Shown piece by piece: positions 25,344 to 37,051 of a stretch of DNA of 64,000 bases. Within the stretch, counting starts at the first letter, position 1, and each line of letters begins with the position of its first letter. Where the stretch lies: the NCBI GenBank assembly GCA_963792585.1, contig CAWBWI010000001.1, positions 1,216,001-1,280,000 of the forward strand, given 5' to 3'. Both the position numbers and the translations under genes were made by a program. Origin of the DNA: Candidatus Eiseniibacteriota bacterium. Its GTDB lineage: Bacteria > Eisenbacteria > RBG-16-71-46 > CAIMUX01 > VGJL01. The notes beneath the pieces were generated by a model. That model did no database searches, was not told the DNA's origin, and saw only the letters and a program-made list of their open reading frames with translations.

Positions 25344-27923
25344 TCAAGGAAGTCTCGTCACCCGAGCGGCTCGACCCACTCCTCCTGCGTGGACCAATCG
25401 CGCGAAGTAGATTCCCGTGGATGCTTGGATCGCCGCTCCCGCGGGACCGGCAGGCAAGGCGTCCGCTCCCCCGCCGCCTGATGATCCAATCGAGCCGCTC
25501 CACGGCGCCGCGTGCTCGCCTGCGCCGAGCGAGCCGAGCGGCAGCGTCGTCACCTTCCGCCCACCGGCATCGAAGATCTCGATGCGCGCCTCCTCGACCG
25601 CGCGCGCGAGTTCGAAGCGAAACTCGATCCGATCCTGGAATGGATTGGGCGTGGGGGCGAGATCCACGCTCGCGAACTCCGCGGGCCCCTCACCGGATAT
25701 GTCCGATGGGTTGATCTGCTTGTAGAACCGCAAGATCGTGCGGAGCGCCTCCGGAGGATTCGAGGGCGGAGGATTCCCCGCCTGGTCGGTTTCATTGACA
25801 CCGTGGCACGAGCTGCAGGCGCGGATCTCGCCGGGTTGAAACGTCAGCCAGTAACGCTCGCGCACGACCGGCGTCCCCTCCGGATCCGTGGTCTGCCACG
25901 CCAGGGCCCGCCGCGCCGGGACGAATGCGGCGGCCGATCCGTCCGACTCCACCTTGACCGATCCGAGCGGACCGCCCGGATTCTCCGGATTGAGGATGTC
26001 GTGCATCGGCTGCGCAAGGACGCGCCTGCCCGGATTCGGATCGACGGCGCCCCCCATCCCTCGGATCAGATCCGCCTGGAAGAACTGCAGGGAGGCCACA
26101 TCGTAGATAATCCCCGGAGAGCCCTGCGTCAACACCCCTCCGGGCACGCGCAAGTTGTATGGCTGCTGCTCGTCGGCATGATCGCGCGCCGTCACGTTCC
26201 GGCTCACGACGATGGCGAGATCGCGCGCGCGCAGGAACTGCTTGAACTCCTGCAAATCGACCCGTTCCTCGGTGAAGATCTGCGCCTCGGGTTGTCCCAG
26301 CACGACCGGCGCCGCGCTCGGAGCGGAGCGCGGGCGCACCTCGACCGGGTCGAACTCCCACAGGAGACCCGAGTACTGGACCAGGACGTCGGGATCGTAG
26401 TAACTGACCGTCTTGCTGATCCCCGGTGTCAACGGCTGGTCCGCTTCCCAGACCTGACCGATCGGTGCAAGGGTCTTCAAGCGCAGGTCGTATCGTGAGA
26501 TCGGATGCGCGCGCGTCCCTTCGTTCACGTCGTTTCGGGTTTCGGGGGTGTGCACGGTGATCAGGGTCCCGTCCGCGAGCCCAAGCGGATTCCTGTAGTG
26601 GCCCGAATGCTCCGGAGGAGGATTGTCCGTGTACCCCGCGGTCGAGCGGTCGGTGACGTAGGCGATCGACATGGCGTCCGGATTGTCGTCAGGCGCCGCC
26701 GTCAACCGGATCACCTGACCGCAGGAGTGGGTATAGAACTCGGGAGCGTCGATGCCGAGATACTCTCCCGGCGCCGCCGCGCTCTCCGTCACGTGGAGGA
26801 AGTTCTGGATCCCATTGTCGTAGTTTCCCGTGAAGTCGACCAGGTTCGGATCGTCGTTCATGCTGCGCGCGAAGTAGCCGTGCAGCTCGTGCCGGCCGAT
26901 GTGATCCAGCGTCTCCTCCTCGCGTCCATCCTCGCGAATCATCCACGGGAAGAAGTGATTGATCGTGTGGCCGACCAAGTTCGTCCCCTGCAGGAGGTCC
27001 TCGCGCGAGGGGCGCGGCTCAGGGAACAGCTCGTCCCGGGTCGAGAGCGGAACCGCGTCGGCCGCTTCGCTCGACCAGTTGAAGGTCCCGTACCCGCCCC
27101 CTTCCGCGTCCGCGTCCGCCTGTTGATCCCGTTGCAGGTGGTCCCAGCGCGTGAAGACGAGACGCCCGAACGAATCCAGTTCGAGGCTGAAGGACCCCGA
27201 TGGGGAGTGCTGGACGAGGAAGAGATCCCCTGAGGCAGGATCGAGGCTCCAGATCCCGGTGACGGTCGGAGCGGACTCGTACTCGTCGAGCTGCGGATAG
27301 AGGTGCGCTTCGCCCCCCCGCGGCCGATCCGAAGTAAAGAGGATCCGGTCATCGCTTCCGTAGATCGGGCTCACGTTGTTGTACCCCTCGGGCTGATGCG
27401 GAACCTTCGTGATGACGGGCGTGTCCTGGGACCCAAGCCCCACGATCTCGTGAATCTGCCAGTGATATTCCTCCCACTGGTACTGCTGCTCAGGAGCGCC
27501 GATCACCATCGAGAAGAGCGCCTTTTCACCGTTCCAATGCACGCACGGCTCGCGCACCGCGATGCTGGAGTCATCCTGGAAGCCACTCCGCCCATAGCCG
27601 GCAGCGGCGGTGAGATTGCGCAGGGCCCCGTCCGGGTAGCGGATCCAGAGATCGCCTCCCCGCCCAACCTCGGCCATGCCGGGCAGGTGGTTGCCGAACG
27701 TGGATCCGATGGTCGTGAAGTCCCCGGGGATCGGGACCTGCGTGACGAAGAGGATCGGGTTCGGAAGGATCGGACCATCCGCGCGGACGGGAGCCGTGGA
27801 GACGGCGATCAGCGCGGCGACCGTCGCAACGATCTTGACGATTGCGCGGGCGAATCGGATCGCCCCACGCGGGCCGCGTGGTGTATCCGAAAGGGAAATC
27901 GAGGCGGGAACCGAGCTGGACAC
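25344..27923 (-). CDS. Secreted hydrazine-synthase-alpha-like (HzsA-related) beta-propeller protein with one CxxCH and FlgD/T9SS-like CTD
   Basis: GRLVFTRWDH; VESDGSAAAFVPARRALAWQ...ERYWLTFQPGEIRACSSCHG; C-terminal PNPF...IFDAGGRKV...GIYFARL. Confidence 0.72.
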   Translation of the reverse strand: MSSSVPASISLSDTPRGPRGAIRFARAIVKIVATVAALIAVSTAPVRADGPILPNPILFVTQVPIPGDFTTIGSTFGNHLPGMAEVGRGGDLWIRYPDGALRNLTAAAGYGRSGFQDDSSIAVREPCVHWNGEKALFSMVIGAPEQQYQWEEYHWQIHEIVGLGSQDTPVITKVPHQPEGYNNVSPIYGSDDRILFTSDRPRGGEAHLYPQLDEYESAPTVTGIWSLDPASGDLFLVQHSPSGSFSLELDSFGRLVFTRWDHLQRDQQADADAEGGGYGTFNWSSEAADAVPLSTRDELFPEPRPSREDLLQGTNLVGHTINHFFPWMIREDGREEETLDHIGRHELHGYFARSMNDDPNLVDFTGNYDNGIQNFLHVTESAAAPGEYLGIDAPEFYTHSCGQVIRLTAAPDDNPDAMSIAYVTDRSTAGYTDNPPPEHSGHYRNPLGLADGTLITVHTPETRNDVNEGTRAHPISRYDLRLKTLAPIGQVWEADQPLTPGISKTVSYYDPDVLVQYSGLLWEFDPVEVRPRSAPSAAPVVLGQPEAQIFTEERVDLQEFKQFLRARDLAIVVSRNVTARDHADEQQPYNLRVPGGVLTQGSPGIIYDVASLQFFQADLIRGMGGAVDPNPGRRVLAQPMHDILNPENPGGPLGSVKVESDGSAAAFVPARRALAWQTTDPEGTPVVRERYWLTFQPGEIRACSSCHGVNETDQAGNPPPSNPPEALRTILRFYKQINPSDISGEGPAEFASVDLAPTPNPFQDRIEFRFELARAVEEARIEIFDAGGRKVTTLPLGSLGAGEHAAPWSGSIGSSGGGGADALPAGPAGAAIQASTGIYFARLVHAGGVGRAARVTRLP

Positions 27924-28324
27924 GTTGCACCTCCAGTCGTTGGATCTTGTTGCCGTGGTGCCGGGCCCCTCGCCGGTCGCAGAACGTGCGAGCCTAAACC
28001 CCGAACCGAGGCAGCCGCAACATGCACCGTAGCCCGCAATATCGACACGGACGGCGAACTGAGCGGCGCGGGCATCATGAAGTCCAGGCTGTTTGGCGGA
28101 CCTGCCACGATTCTGCGGAAGGACGGTTCTCGCACAGGCGACCGATGCGAACCTGTTGGCCCGCAGGAGTACGGATCTCCAACACCTCCTCCGGGATCAT
28201 CCACGCGGAAGAGGTCGAACACCTCACGTGAGGAATGCACTCATGCGCTTGCGGAGGGGACGCCGGAGCGCGAACGCCGAAGGCCGTCCGACTGTCTTCC
28301 GTAGGCTTGGGTCGTGACGACCCG

Positions 28325-30256
28325 CTATCGGCCCAATAGCTGCCTCACGATCTCCGGACCGTTCTCCCAGAAGACCAGGATGACGCCCATGAGCGCGCCG
28401 CCTGCGACGACCCCCGACGCCACGGGGAAGAGGTACTCCTCGCAGTGCTTCGCGTTCCTCTTCTGCCAGCCCATCCCGATCAGCGCGCCGAGGAAGAAAA
28501 GCAATCCGTAGAACCACTGGAAGACCCAGGCCAAGCCCACGCCCGCGGCCGAGGGAATCCACTTCTGCTGCCTGGGGAACATTCTGGATAGAACGGGGAG
28601 GATGATCCCGACCAGCCCGCCGATCACGATGCACCAGATCTTCACCGGGTGCATCGTGTTCAAGCCCTGCGCCATCGCCTCGGCGACGCCCTTCCAGGTC
28701 TGCGCAGCGGGCGCGGGGAACTGATCCGTCCCGATCGAGGCCGCATTGGGGACCAGCACGCGGAAAGCGAGCACGGTGACGATCGTCCCGATGAAGATCC
28801 CGGCGAACTGGGCGATGAACTGCTTGCGCGGATTCGCCCCGAGAAGGTAGCCGCTCTTGAGATCGGTGAGCAGGTCGGCGGATGAGGTCGCGGCGCCCGC
28901 CGTGATGTTGGCGCTCATCAGGTTCACGGTCGTGTTCCCGGGCGAGAGCGCGCCGAAGGTGAGCTGCGTGATCTTTCCCATCGCCCCGATCGGGGTCGTA
29001 TCCGTCTCCCCCGTCACGCGGCAGGCGACCAGCGCGAGCGCGAAGGTGAGGAGGACCGCGATCAGGCTCTGCCAGTATGGCATCCCGAAGCTCGCGTGGG
29101 CCAGCAGGGCAAGGGCGACGAGGCTCACGAGCTGCCCGAGCATGAACCAGGAGCCCGGCGTTTCGATCGCCGCCATGTCATCGCGCTTGCGCTCGCCCCG
29201 CTTCATCAGCATGTCGCCGAGTCCCTGGAACGCGCGCAACGCGCTCTTCCACTGGAAGAAGACCGCGAGGATGCCGGAAGTGACCATGCAGGCCGTCCCT
29301 GCCCAGAGGGTCCACTGGACCAGCGAGCGGAAGCCGACCAGCCCCGAAGCCTCGGGCACGTTTGTTTGAAGCCAGGGGACGAAGATCATCCAGCAGGTGA
29401 TCGAGCCCACCAGCATGCTGACCCCCACCCGCATGCCGACGAACATCCCCGCCGCGATGAAGATCGGGTCCCAGGCGAACGCGACCGTCCGGCCGGTCCA
29501 GGACGCGCCCAGCGTCGCGGCGTTGAAGCGGGTGACCAGGGAGGAGATCTGAAGCGACTCCAGATGGGGATTGATGAGCCGCAGGCCGTCGGTCAGAAAC
29601 GCGCTCAACGCGGCGAGGACTCCGCCGATCCCGAGGGCGCGCGCGGCGCGGATCCCCTTCTCGCCCTTCGCGTGAAGGGCCCGGAGCGTCTCGGCGGCGG
29701 CGATCCCGCTGGGGAATCGAAGCTGCTCGACGTTGATCATCTGTCGCTTCATCGGGACGGCCATCGTCACGCCGAGGATCGCCACGAAGAAGACCCACGC
29801 GAGCATCAGGGACAGCGGCAGGGTCTGGTTGTTGATCAGGATGTAGGCGGCGAATGCGGAGATCAGGGTCCCGCCCGTCGAGTAGCCCGCTGCGCTCGCC
29901 GTCGACTGCATGCAGTTGTTCTCGAGGATCGTCATCTGGGTCCGGGCGAGTTTCATGCGATAGAAGCCGGTCCAGATGGCATAGGAGAGGATGCATGCGG
30001 TGATGGCGACCCCGAAGGCCCAGCCGGCCTTGAGACCGATGTAGATGTTCGTGAGCGAGAGGACGCCGCCCAATGCCCATCCCATGATGACGGCGCGCCA
30101 TGTGAGCTGCTTTACGGTGTCGCCGCGTCCGACGTAGCACTTCTCGTACCACTGGCGTTCGATCTCGTCCGCGGTTCCCTTGAAACCATCGATCGGAAGC
30201 TCGTATTCCTCGTAGGGATCGTGTGCGGGGAGGGGCGCGCGCTTCTCATCGGGCAT
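28325..30256 (-). CDS. OPT family oligopeptide transporter
   Basis: QLTWRAVI, YIGLKAG, LENNCMQSTASAAG, LRFPSGIAAAETL, DLKSGYLLGANPRKQ, PAPAA. Confidence 0.93.
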   Translation of the reverse strand: MPDEKRAPLPAHDPYEEYELPIDGFKGTADEIERQWYEKCYVGRGDTVKQLTWRAVIMGWALGGVLSLTNIYIGLKAGWAFGVAITACILSYAIWTGFYRMKLARTQMTILENNCMQSTASAAGYSTGGTLISAFAAYILINNQTLPLSLMLAWVFFVAILGVTMAVPMKRQMINVEQLRFPSGIAAAETLRALHAKGEKGIRAARALGIGGVLAALSAFLTDGLRLINPHLESLQISSLVTRFNAATLGASWTGRTVAFAWDPIFIAAGMFVGMRVGVSMLVGSITCWMIFVPWLQTNVPEASGLVGFRSLVQWTLWAGTACMVTSGILAVFFQWKSALRAFQGLGDMLMKRGERKRDDMAAIETPGSWFMLGQLVSLVALALLAHASFGMPYWQSLIAVLLTFALALVACRVTGETDTTPIGAMGKITQLTFGALSPGNTTVNLMSANITAGAATSSADLLTDLKSGYLLGANPRKQFIAQFAGIFIGTIVTVLAFRVLVPNAASIGTDQFPAPAAQTWKGVAEAMAQGLNTMHPVKIWCIVIGGLVGIILPVLSRMFPRQQKWIPSAAGVGLAWVFQWFYGLLFFLGALIGMGWQKRNAKHCEEYLFPVASGVVAGGALMGVILVFWENGPEIVRQLLGR

Positions 30257-30381
30257 GGGACCAACCTCCTCAGACTGCCCCCGCAGGGACAGGACGCAGG
30301 CAACGGGGTCCTCGACGACCGCTGGAATCCTGGCAGGAGTTCGGGACCGGCGCTAGGGGAAAGGCGCGGCACGCGGAGTCC

Positions 30382-31526
30382 CTATGCGTCCGAACCGTCC
30401 TTGCAGGTGACCACGACCGGATCTCTCGAGTAATACCGCCGTCCCAGCCACAGCGCGACGTTGACGAGGCCGATGAGCACCGGCACCTCGACCAGCGGCC
30501 CGATCACCGCGGCGAAGGCGGCGCCGTGGTGGATGCCGAAGGTCGCCACCGCCACGGCGATGGCCAGCTCGAAGTTGTTCGACGCGGCGGTGAACGAGAG
30601 CGTCGCCGCCTGCCCGTAGGTCGCGCCGACCTTCTTGCTCATGAAGAACGAGACGAAGAACATCACCACGAAGTAGATGAGCAGCGGGATGGCGATGCGC
30701 ACCACGTCGAAGCGGCAGCTGGACGATCGTCTCGCCCTTGAGCGAGAACATCACGACGATGGTGAAGAGCAGCGCGATGAGCGTGATCGGGCTGATCTTC
30801 GGGATGAACTTCCGTGTGGTACCACTCCTTGCTCTTCAGCCTTGATGAGCGAGAAGCGGGTGAGCATGCCGGCGAGGAACGGGATGCCCGAGGTAGATGA
30901 AGACGCTCTTGGCGATCTCGCCGATGGTGATGTGCGACCGCCACGCCCTTCAGGCCGAACCAGGTCGGCAGGACGGTGATGAAGACGTAGGCGTAGACCG
31001 AGTAGAAGAGCACCTGGAAGATCGAGTTGAAGGCGACGAGGCCGGCGCAGTACTCGGTGTCGCCCTTGGCCAGGTCGTTCCAGACGATGACCATGGCGAT
31101 GCAGCGGGCCAGGCCGATCATGATCAGGCCGACCATGTACTCGGGCTTGTCGCGCAGGAAGAGGACGGCCAGGCCGAACATCAGGATCGGCCCGACGATC
31201 CAGTTCTGCACGAGCGACAGCCCGAGCACCTTGGCGTTGCGGAAGACCGGCCCCATCTCCTCGTAGCGGACCTTGGCCAGCGGCGGGTACATCATGAGGA
31301 TGAGCCCGATGGCGATGGGGATGGAGGTCGTCCCGACGCTGAACCGGTTGAGAAGCGGCACGACGCCGGGAACGAGGTAGCCGAGCCCGACGCCGACGGC
31401 CATGGCGAGGAAGATCCAGAGGGTCAGGTAGCGGTCGAGGAACGACAGACGCCGCGAGGCTTCCGCTCGCTCAACGCGCGGTCCGCCGCCACCCCCAACA
31501 GCCCCTGTGTCCGCCCTTCCTTCCAT
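30382..31526 (-). CDS. acr3: ACR3 family arsenite efflux transporter (frameshifted)
   Basis: [63 protein letters not shown]. Confidence 0.95.
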
Positions 31527-31551
31527 GGAATGAACCCTCCCGGACTGTGGT

Positions 31552-32089
31552 CTATTGATGGGCCCCAATGATCGGTGCAGGAGCCGTTGAGACCGGCGTG
31601 GCGGAACCGCCCCGCAAGGCCTCGCCTGCGGCCAGGAATCCGGCGCGGACGATGAGGGCGGCCGGAATCGCCTCGTAGGTCTAGCTCCGCCGACCGACAC
31701 CGTGCGGCACTCCGCTCGCCGCACGACGCCGCAGCAGGGACTCGATGCCGTCTTGCGCCCCGAGCCAATCCTCGAGCGGGCGCTCGTTGATCCAGATGCG
31801 GTTCGATTCCAGCGGCGCCTGGAGAAAGGCGGCCTCGTCCAGCGTTCTGTCTGACCAGGGCCACCCGAATACCCGCCGGGGCGAGCGAAACCGTCAGGTG
31901 ATTGAATGCCTTCTGGACTTCCTGCTCGGTCGATGCGCATCGCGGGCACGTCTTGTCGGCCGCGTCGACGAGCCGCTGCCATCGAAGGGTGAGGGTGTGC
32001 GTGGGCGTGTCAGTCGGAAGACCCGAAAAAGGGCTGCGCAGCCCGCCAGGAGAAGCGAGCGAAACGCAGCCAGGCAAGATCACGCGCAT
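31552..32089 (-). CDS. DUF2703 domain thioredoxin-like protein (frameshifted)
   Basis: LRWQRLV...TCPRCASTE...[16 protein letters not shown]...CC...ECRTV...[12 protein letters not shown]. Confidence 0.75.
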
Positions 32090-32151
32090 GGATTCCTCCT
32101 GATCCGGGAACAACAGCGGATGAACGTGCAACCGGGGGGCCGTCGGCCGAG

Positions 32152-32815
<664 letters not shown>

Positions 32816-32817
32816 GG

Positions 32818-34044
32818 CTAGAACTCCTGCAGGATCGACGCCGGATCGAGTCGCGTCGCGCGATAGGTAGGGTACCAGCTGCCGAGCAGTGCGATGCGCC
32901 ACGGCGATCAGAAGCGACCAGACGAAGTAGATCGGAACCGGCTGGACTGCGAGTCCGGCAAGCTCCGGCCCCAGGATCAAGCGCGGAGAGCGTGCCGAGC
33001 AGGTATCCGCCCACGCCCGCCCAGGACTCCCAGGATGATCGACTTCGCGAAGAACAGGCGGTAGACGCTCCCGCGCGTCGCCCCGAGCGTGAGGAGCGTG
33101 CCGATCTCGCGCCTGCGCTCCTCCACGTTCGCCCACATGTAGTTCGCGATCGAGATCGCGCCCACCAAGCGAGATGATCACCAGCAGGATCAACGAGATC
33201 TTGGCCATCAGCCGGTTCGTCTCGATCTGGGTGTTGACGATCTGCCCGATCGTCGTGATCCGGGTGTCGGGGAGGATGTTCCGCAGCTTGCCGAGGAGTC
33301 CGTCGGAGATGGCGGAGCAGCAGCCCATGATCTCGATGGCGCTCACCTGCGGGCCGGTCCCCAGCAGATCTCTGAACGACGTGGAGGTGCGCGAAGACAC
33401 GATCGTCGTCGATCGTGCCCGTCTCCGGCAGACACACGAGCGGTCGTGAACTCCCGCCCTTCGATGGTGACCTTGACGCCATCCTTCAGGTTCAGGCGCT
33501 GCGCAGCGACGCTGCCGACGAGGACCTCGGTCGGCGCGAGCGAGTCGATCGCCTTGCGCTGGAGACGCTCGTCTACGTAGGAAGGCCCATTCTTCACTTC
33601 GGGGCTCACGCCGCAGGCGGCGGCCAGTTCGGCGCCGTCGAGTCCGGCGCTCTGCCAGATCGGTTTGGAGGCGAGTTCGTTCGCCGGCAGGATCCCGGTC
33701 AGAATGACCGGAACAGCGCCGACCTTCACCCGCCGCGTCAGCTTGGGCGAGAGGTTGTCGACGCCCGGGAGCATCGAGGTGGCGACCCGCTCGACGTACT
33801 CTTCCGGAAAGGTCGGCGCGTCGATGTCGGCCGTGTAGTAGTCGTCCACCGAAGCCGCTTGCGGAAGCACCAGGATGTTCGCGCCGAGGTTGTCGAGCTT
33901 GATCGCGACCGCCCGCTCGGAGACCGTGGCCACCGACTGGATGCCGACGATGACCGCGATCCCGACGGTGATCGCGAGCAGCCCTGAGACCATGCGCGAC
34001 TTGCGGAGCCAGAGTTCCTTCCAGAGAATCGTGCGGAGCTTCAT
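32818..34044 (-). CDS. ABC transporter permease (FtsX/MacB-like; frameshifted)
   Basis: [11 protein letters not shown]..., [27 protein letters not shown]. Confidence 0.88.
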
Positions 34045-34057
34045 CGGCCCGGCCCCC

Positions 34058-34826
34058 TCACTTCTTCGCGGGAGCGCAGGAGGCGTTCGGATTCTGGACG
34101 GTCGTCGGGACAGCAACCGCCCGCCTTCATCGTCGCTGCCTGCACCAAGGCGTTGCGACATCCGCCGCGCCGGTGTAGGTGCCGGTGACCTGCCCCTGGG
34201 CGTTGACGACGAGCGTGACGGGCTCGGTGGATGCGAGATTGACCTTCATCTGGGTCAGAAACGCCGCCTCGGCCGGGTCGTCCATGTCGATCTGGACCGT
34301 GACGCACTGTCTGCTGCATCTGCCCGCAGGCAGCGGCACAGGCTGCCGTAGCCCCGGACTGCGCCGCCATGCTCCTTCGGCTCAGCAGAAATGAAGACCG
34401 CTTTGCCCGATCTGAAGCAGCTGAAGGATCTCGGCCTTCTTCGGCGACGGGACCATGGCGACGAGCTTGTCCGCCGTCGCCTGCGCCGCCGGCAGCCCGC
34501 CGGCGATGACGCCGTTGCGCGCCGCGACGATGATGAGCGGCACCGGCGCGCCGGCCAGGCGGATACTTGGCCACAAGCTCGGCGTTCGCCGGATCCGACC
34601 TGATCGAGTTCGACCAGGGTCGGCTTTCTTCACCTGCTTCATCGCCTGCTTGATCATGTCCCTGGCCTGGTCGACACCTGTCGCCCCTTGGTCGGTGACG
34701 AGGATGAAGGCGATCTTCTCGTGCTTTGCCGCAGAATCGAGATCCTTCTGCGCCGAGGCCGCGGCGACCGATCCAAGCAACGCCAAGGAAGAGGATCGCG
34801 AGGGCAAGACTACGGACAGACATCAT
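34058..34826 (-). CDS. Exported Cys-containing protein, probably tandem thioredoxin-like folds (frameshifted)
   Basis: Signal peptide; DPANAELVAKY..LAGAPVPLIIVAARNG; IDMDDPAEAAFLTQMKV...VTLVVNAQG; C-terminal GGCC. Confidence 0.6.
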
Positions 34827-34918
34827 GACCCCCTGTTGTTCGTGTCCCTGTGCGCTGTCGATGGCGAATCTATCTCCGCGATCCGTGGCAGATCGTTCGA
34901 TGAAGTGTCCCGGCGCGC

Positions 34919-35320
34919 TCACTTCCTGCTCCCGCAGGAAAGCCGGTTTCCGCGTGGGCTGCAGGCGTGATCGCCGGCGCTCGCCACTGGGGGCATCATG
35001 GGGCAGCATCCGCCCGAGGCCTTGATCTTGGCCGCACGTTGCCGGTCGGCGGCCAGCCCGGGCACGTCTGTGAAGCACTGCCCGAGACACTCGAGGAGTT
35101 TCTCGTGGAAGACCGTCTCCGCCGGACGAAGGCGGTAGAAGCACCAGAGCCCCTGCTTGCGAACCTCGACGAGTCCCGCCCGGCGCAGGTAGTTGAGGTG
35201 ATGCGATGCCTTGGCCTGCGGCACTCTCAGGATCGTGATGAGGTCGCTGACGCAGAGTTCGCCGTCCTGAAGGAGGTGGAGGATACGGAGGCGGGTCCGG
35301 TCCGCGAAGGCCCGGAACAT
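34919..35320 (-). CDS. arsR: ArsR/SmtB family transcriptional regulator (true start may be about 35372)
   Basis: FRAFADRTRLRILHLL, ELCVSDL, ASHHLNYLRRAGLV; C-terminal GGCCP. Confidence 0.9.
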   Translation of the reverse strand: MFRAFADRTRLRILHLLQDGELCVSDLITILRVPQAKASHHLNYLRRAGLVEVRKQGLWCFYRLRPAETVFHEKLLECLGQCFTDVPGLAADRQRAAKIKASGGCCPMMPPVASAGDHACSPRGNRLSCGSRK

Positions 35321-35370
35321 CTTGTCGACCTGGTTGATCGTCTTCCCGCGATTGGCGACCTTCGTTTCTC

Positions 35371-35396
35371 ACTATACTCATCTGTGTAAGTATAGT
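35371..35396. promoter_or_regulatory. Perfect inverted repeat ACTATACT-N10-AGTATAGT, candidate ArsR operator
   Basis: AT-rich palindrome directly upstream of arsR. Confidence 0.6.
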
Positions 35397-35533
35397 TTTG
35401 GAGCCGCCGGCGACAAGGAGAATCTCTCCTATGACAAGCACCGGAGGCCTTCGCGTCGCGGCCGGACGAGGCCCCGGGAGCGTCCGATCGGTCCCCTTGC
35501 ACCGGGCTCCCTCCCGCGATGCTCCCGCCTCCT

Positions 35534-36229
35534 CTAGAGGTTCACCCCGAAGATGTGGGTGACCGTGAGGTAGAGGCCGGCGAGCACGAAGATCGCGCCG
35601 GTGATCGGCCTAGCCGCCCGCTCGATCTTCGTGAGGGCGTTGAACGCTCGGCCGATCCCCTGCGCGCCGAGGACCAGGAGGACCGCGAAGACCACGACAG
35701 GCAGGCCGGTGCCGATTCCATAGACGGCAGGCAAGAGAACGCGCGAGTGAGCATTCACGGCGAGCGGGATCAGCGCGCCGAAGAAGAGCCCGGCCGAAAC
35801 GGGACAGAACGAGAGCGCGAAGAGCACCCCGAGCAGACCCGGCACCGGCCACTCCGGACCGGGCCGCCCGTTCGCGGATCCTCTGGCCGACATTCCAGGA
35901 CGGCAGACGTAGCCGGAGCAATCCCATGATTCCGACGCCGATGAGGATGAGGAGCGGCCCGAGGATCTGGTTCATCTGCTTCTGCAGGAAGAACGACACG
36001 CTGGGAAGCGAGAGCACGCTCGAGACGACGAGCACGCCCACGAGCACGTAGGTGAGCGCGCGGCCGAGCGAGTAGAGAAGTCCCGCGAGCAAGCACCCGG
36101 CGCGGGCTGCCGACGCTGCGGCCGACGAATGAGATCGCGGCCACGTTCGCGGCGAGCGGGCACGGGCTGATCGAGGTGAGGATCCCGAGCCAGAGGGCCG
36201 TGCCGAGTGCCGACGAGGAATGCGGTCAT
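35534..36229 (-). CDS. arsG: Aromatic aminobenzylarsenical efflux permease ArsG family (DsbD/CcdA-like; frameshifted)
   Basis: LGILTSISPCPLAANVAAISF, YSLGRALTY, FALSFCPVSAGLFFG, YGIGTGLPV. Confidence 0.82.
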
Positions 36230-36765
36230 GACTGCTTGCCGCGACAGGTACGCGCGCGTCTCCTCCTGGATGTAGCGGACGAATCGCTCCTTGTCGCCGA
36301 CGAGCTCCCAGACCTTTGGCAGGTTCTTCCATGCCACCTGTTTTCCTGTTCGCTCATCGACGATGACGACGGACTTCGTGAAGAGCTTGTACTCCTTCAC
36401 GAAGTGCTCGTTGCCCTTCTCATCGACGTTCACGGCCTGGAAGACGAGCCGGCCGTCCTTCAGCTCCTCCGGGAATCCGGCCGTGATCGCCTCGGCCGTG
36501 TACGCCTCGATCTTCCGGCACGTGGCGCATCGCTGGGTGGTGTGGAAGTAGTAGGCGAGCACCCGGTGCGGTCAGGCCGTCGTGTCGACGACCGCCTCGG
36601 CGGTTTCGGCCGGAGTTGCCGGCGCCGGCGGCTGTGCCTGGGCGTTCCCGACGGGACCGCGCCGCTTCCGGCCGCGATCCCGAGCAGACGCCAGAACGAG
36701 GAGACTGCGGCGAGCGGCCGTGCGGCTCGCTGCGACTCCGGTTCGGAGGGAAGTCGGCGCTTCAT
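36226..36765 (-). CDS. arsF: Nitroaromatic reductase subunit ArsF family (frameshifted 5' part)
   Basis: YYFHTTQRCATCRKIEAYT...VNVDEKGNEHF...WKNLPKVWEL. Confidence 0.82.
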
Positions 36766-36997
36766 GCGAGCATCTCCTTCAGCTGCGCGACGGTCGGGAC
36801 GCGACCGCTCATCTTGATCGTGCCGTCGACAATCAGGGCCGGGGTCGAGAGGACCCCGAAGCCGATGATGGCGTTCGATGTCGGTGACCTTCGTCGATCT
36901 CGCACTCGAGGCCGATCTCCTGCGCGGCCTGCTTCGTGCGTTCGTACAGGACCTGGCATTTCTGACAACCGGGACCGAGAACCAGGACGTCGGACAT
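36762..36997 (-). CDS. arsE: Small thioredoxin-like protein, MTH895/ArsE family (frameshifted)
   Basis: VLGPGCQKCQVL...FGVLSTPALIVDGTIKMSGRVP. Confidence 0.8.
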
Positions 36998-37051
36998 GGA
37001 GGTAGCTCTCCTTTCATGAACCATGGCAGCCGGTCTGCCGCGGTCGCTCCC

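Noticed and set aside
25344..27923. Evidence for anammox metabolism
   Set aside because: Only a stand-alone HzsA-like domain; no hzsB/C or hydrazine dehydrogenase in the window
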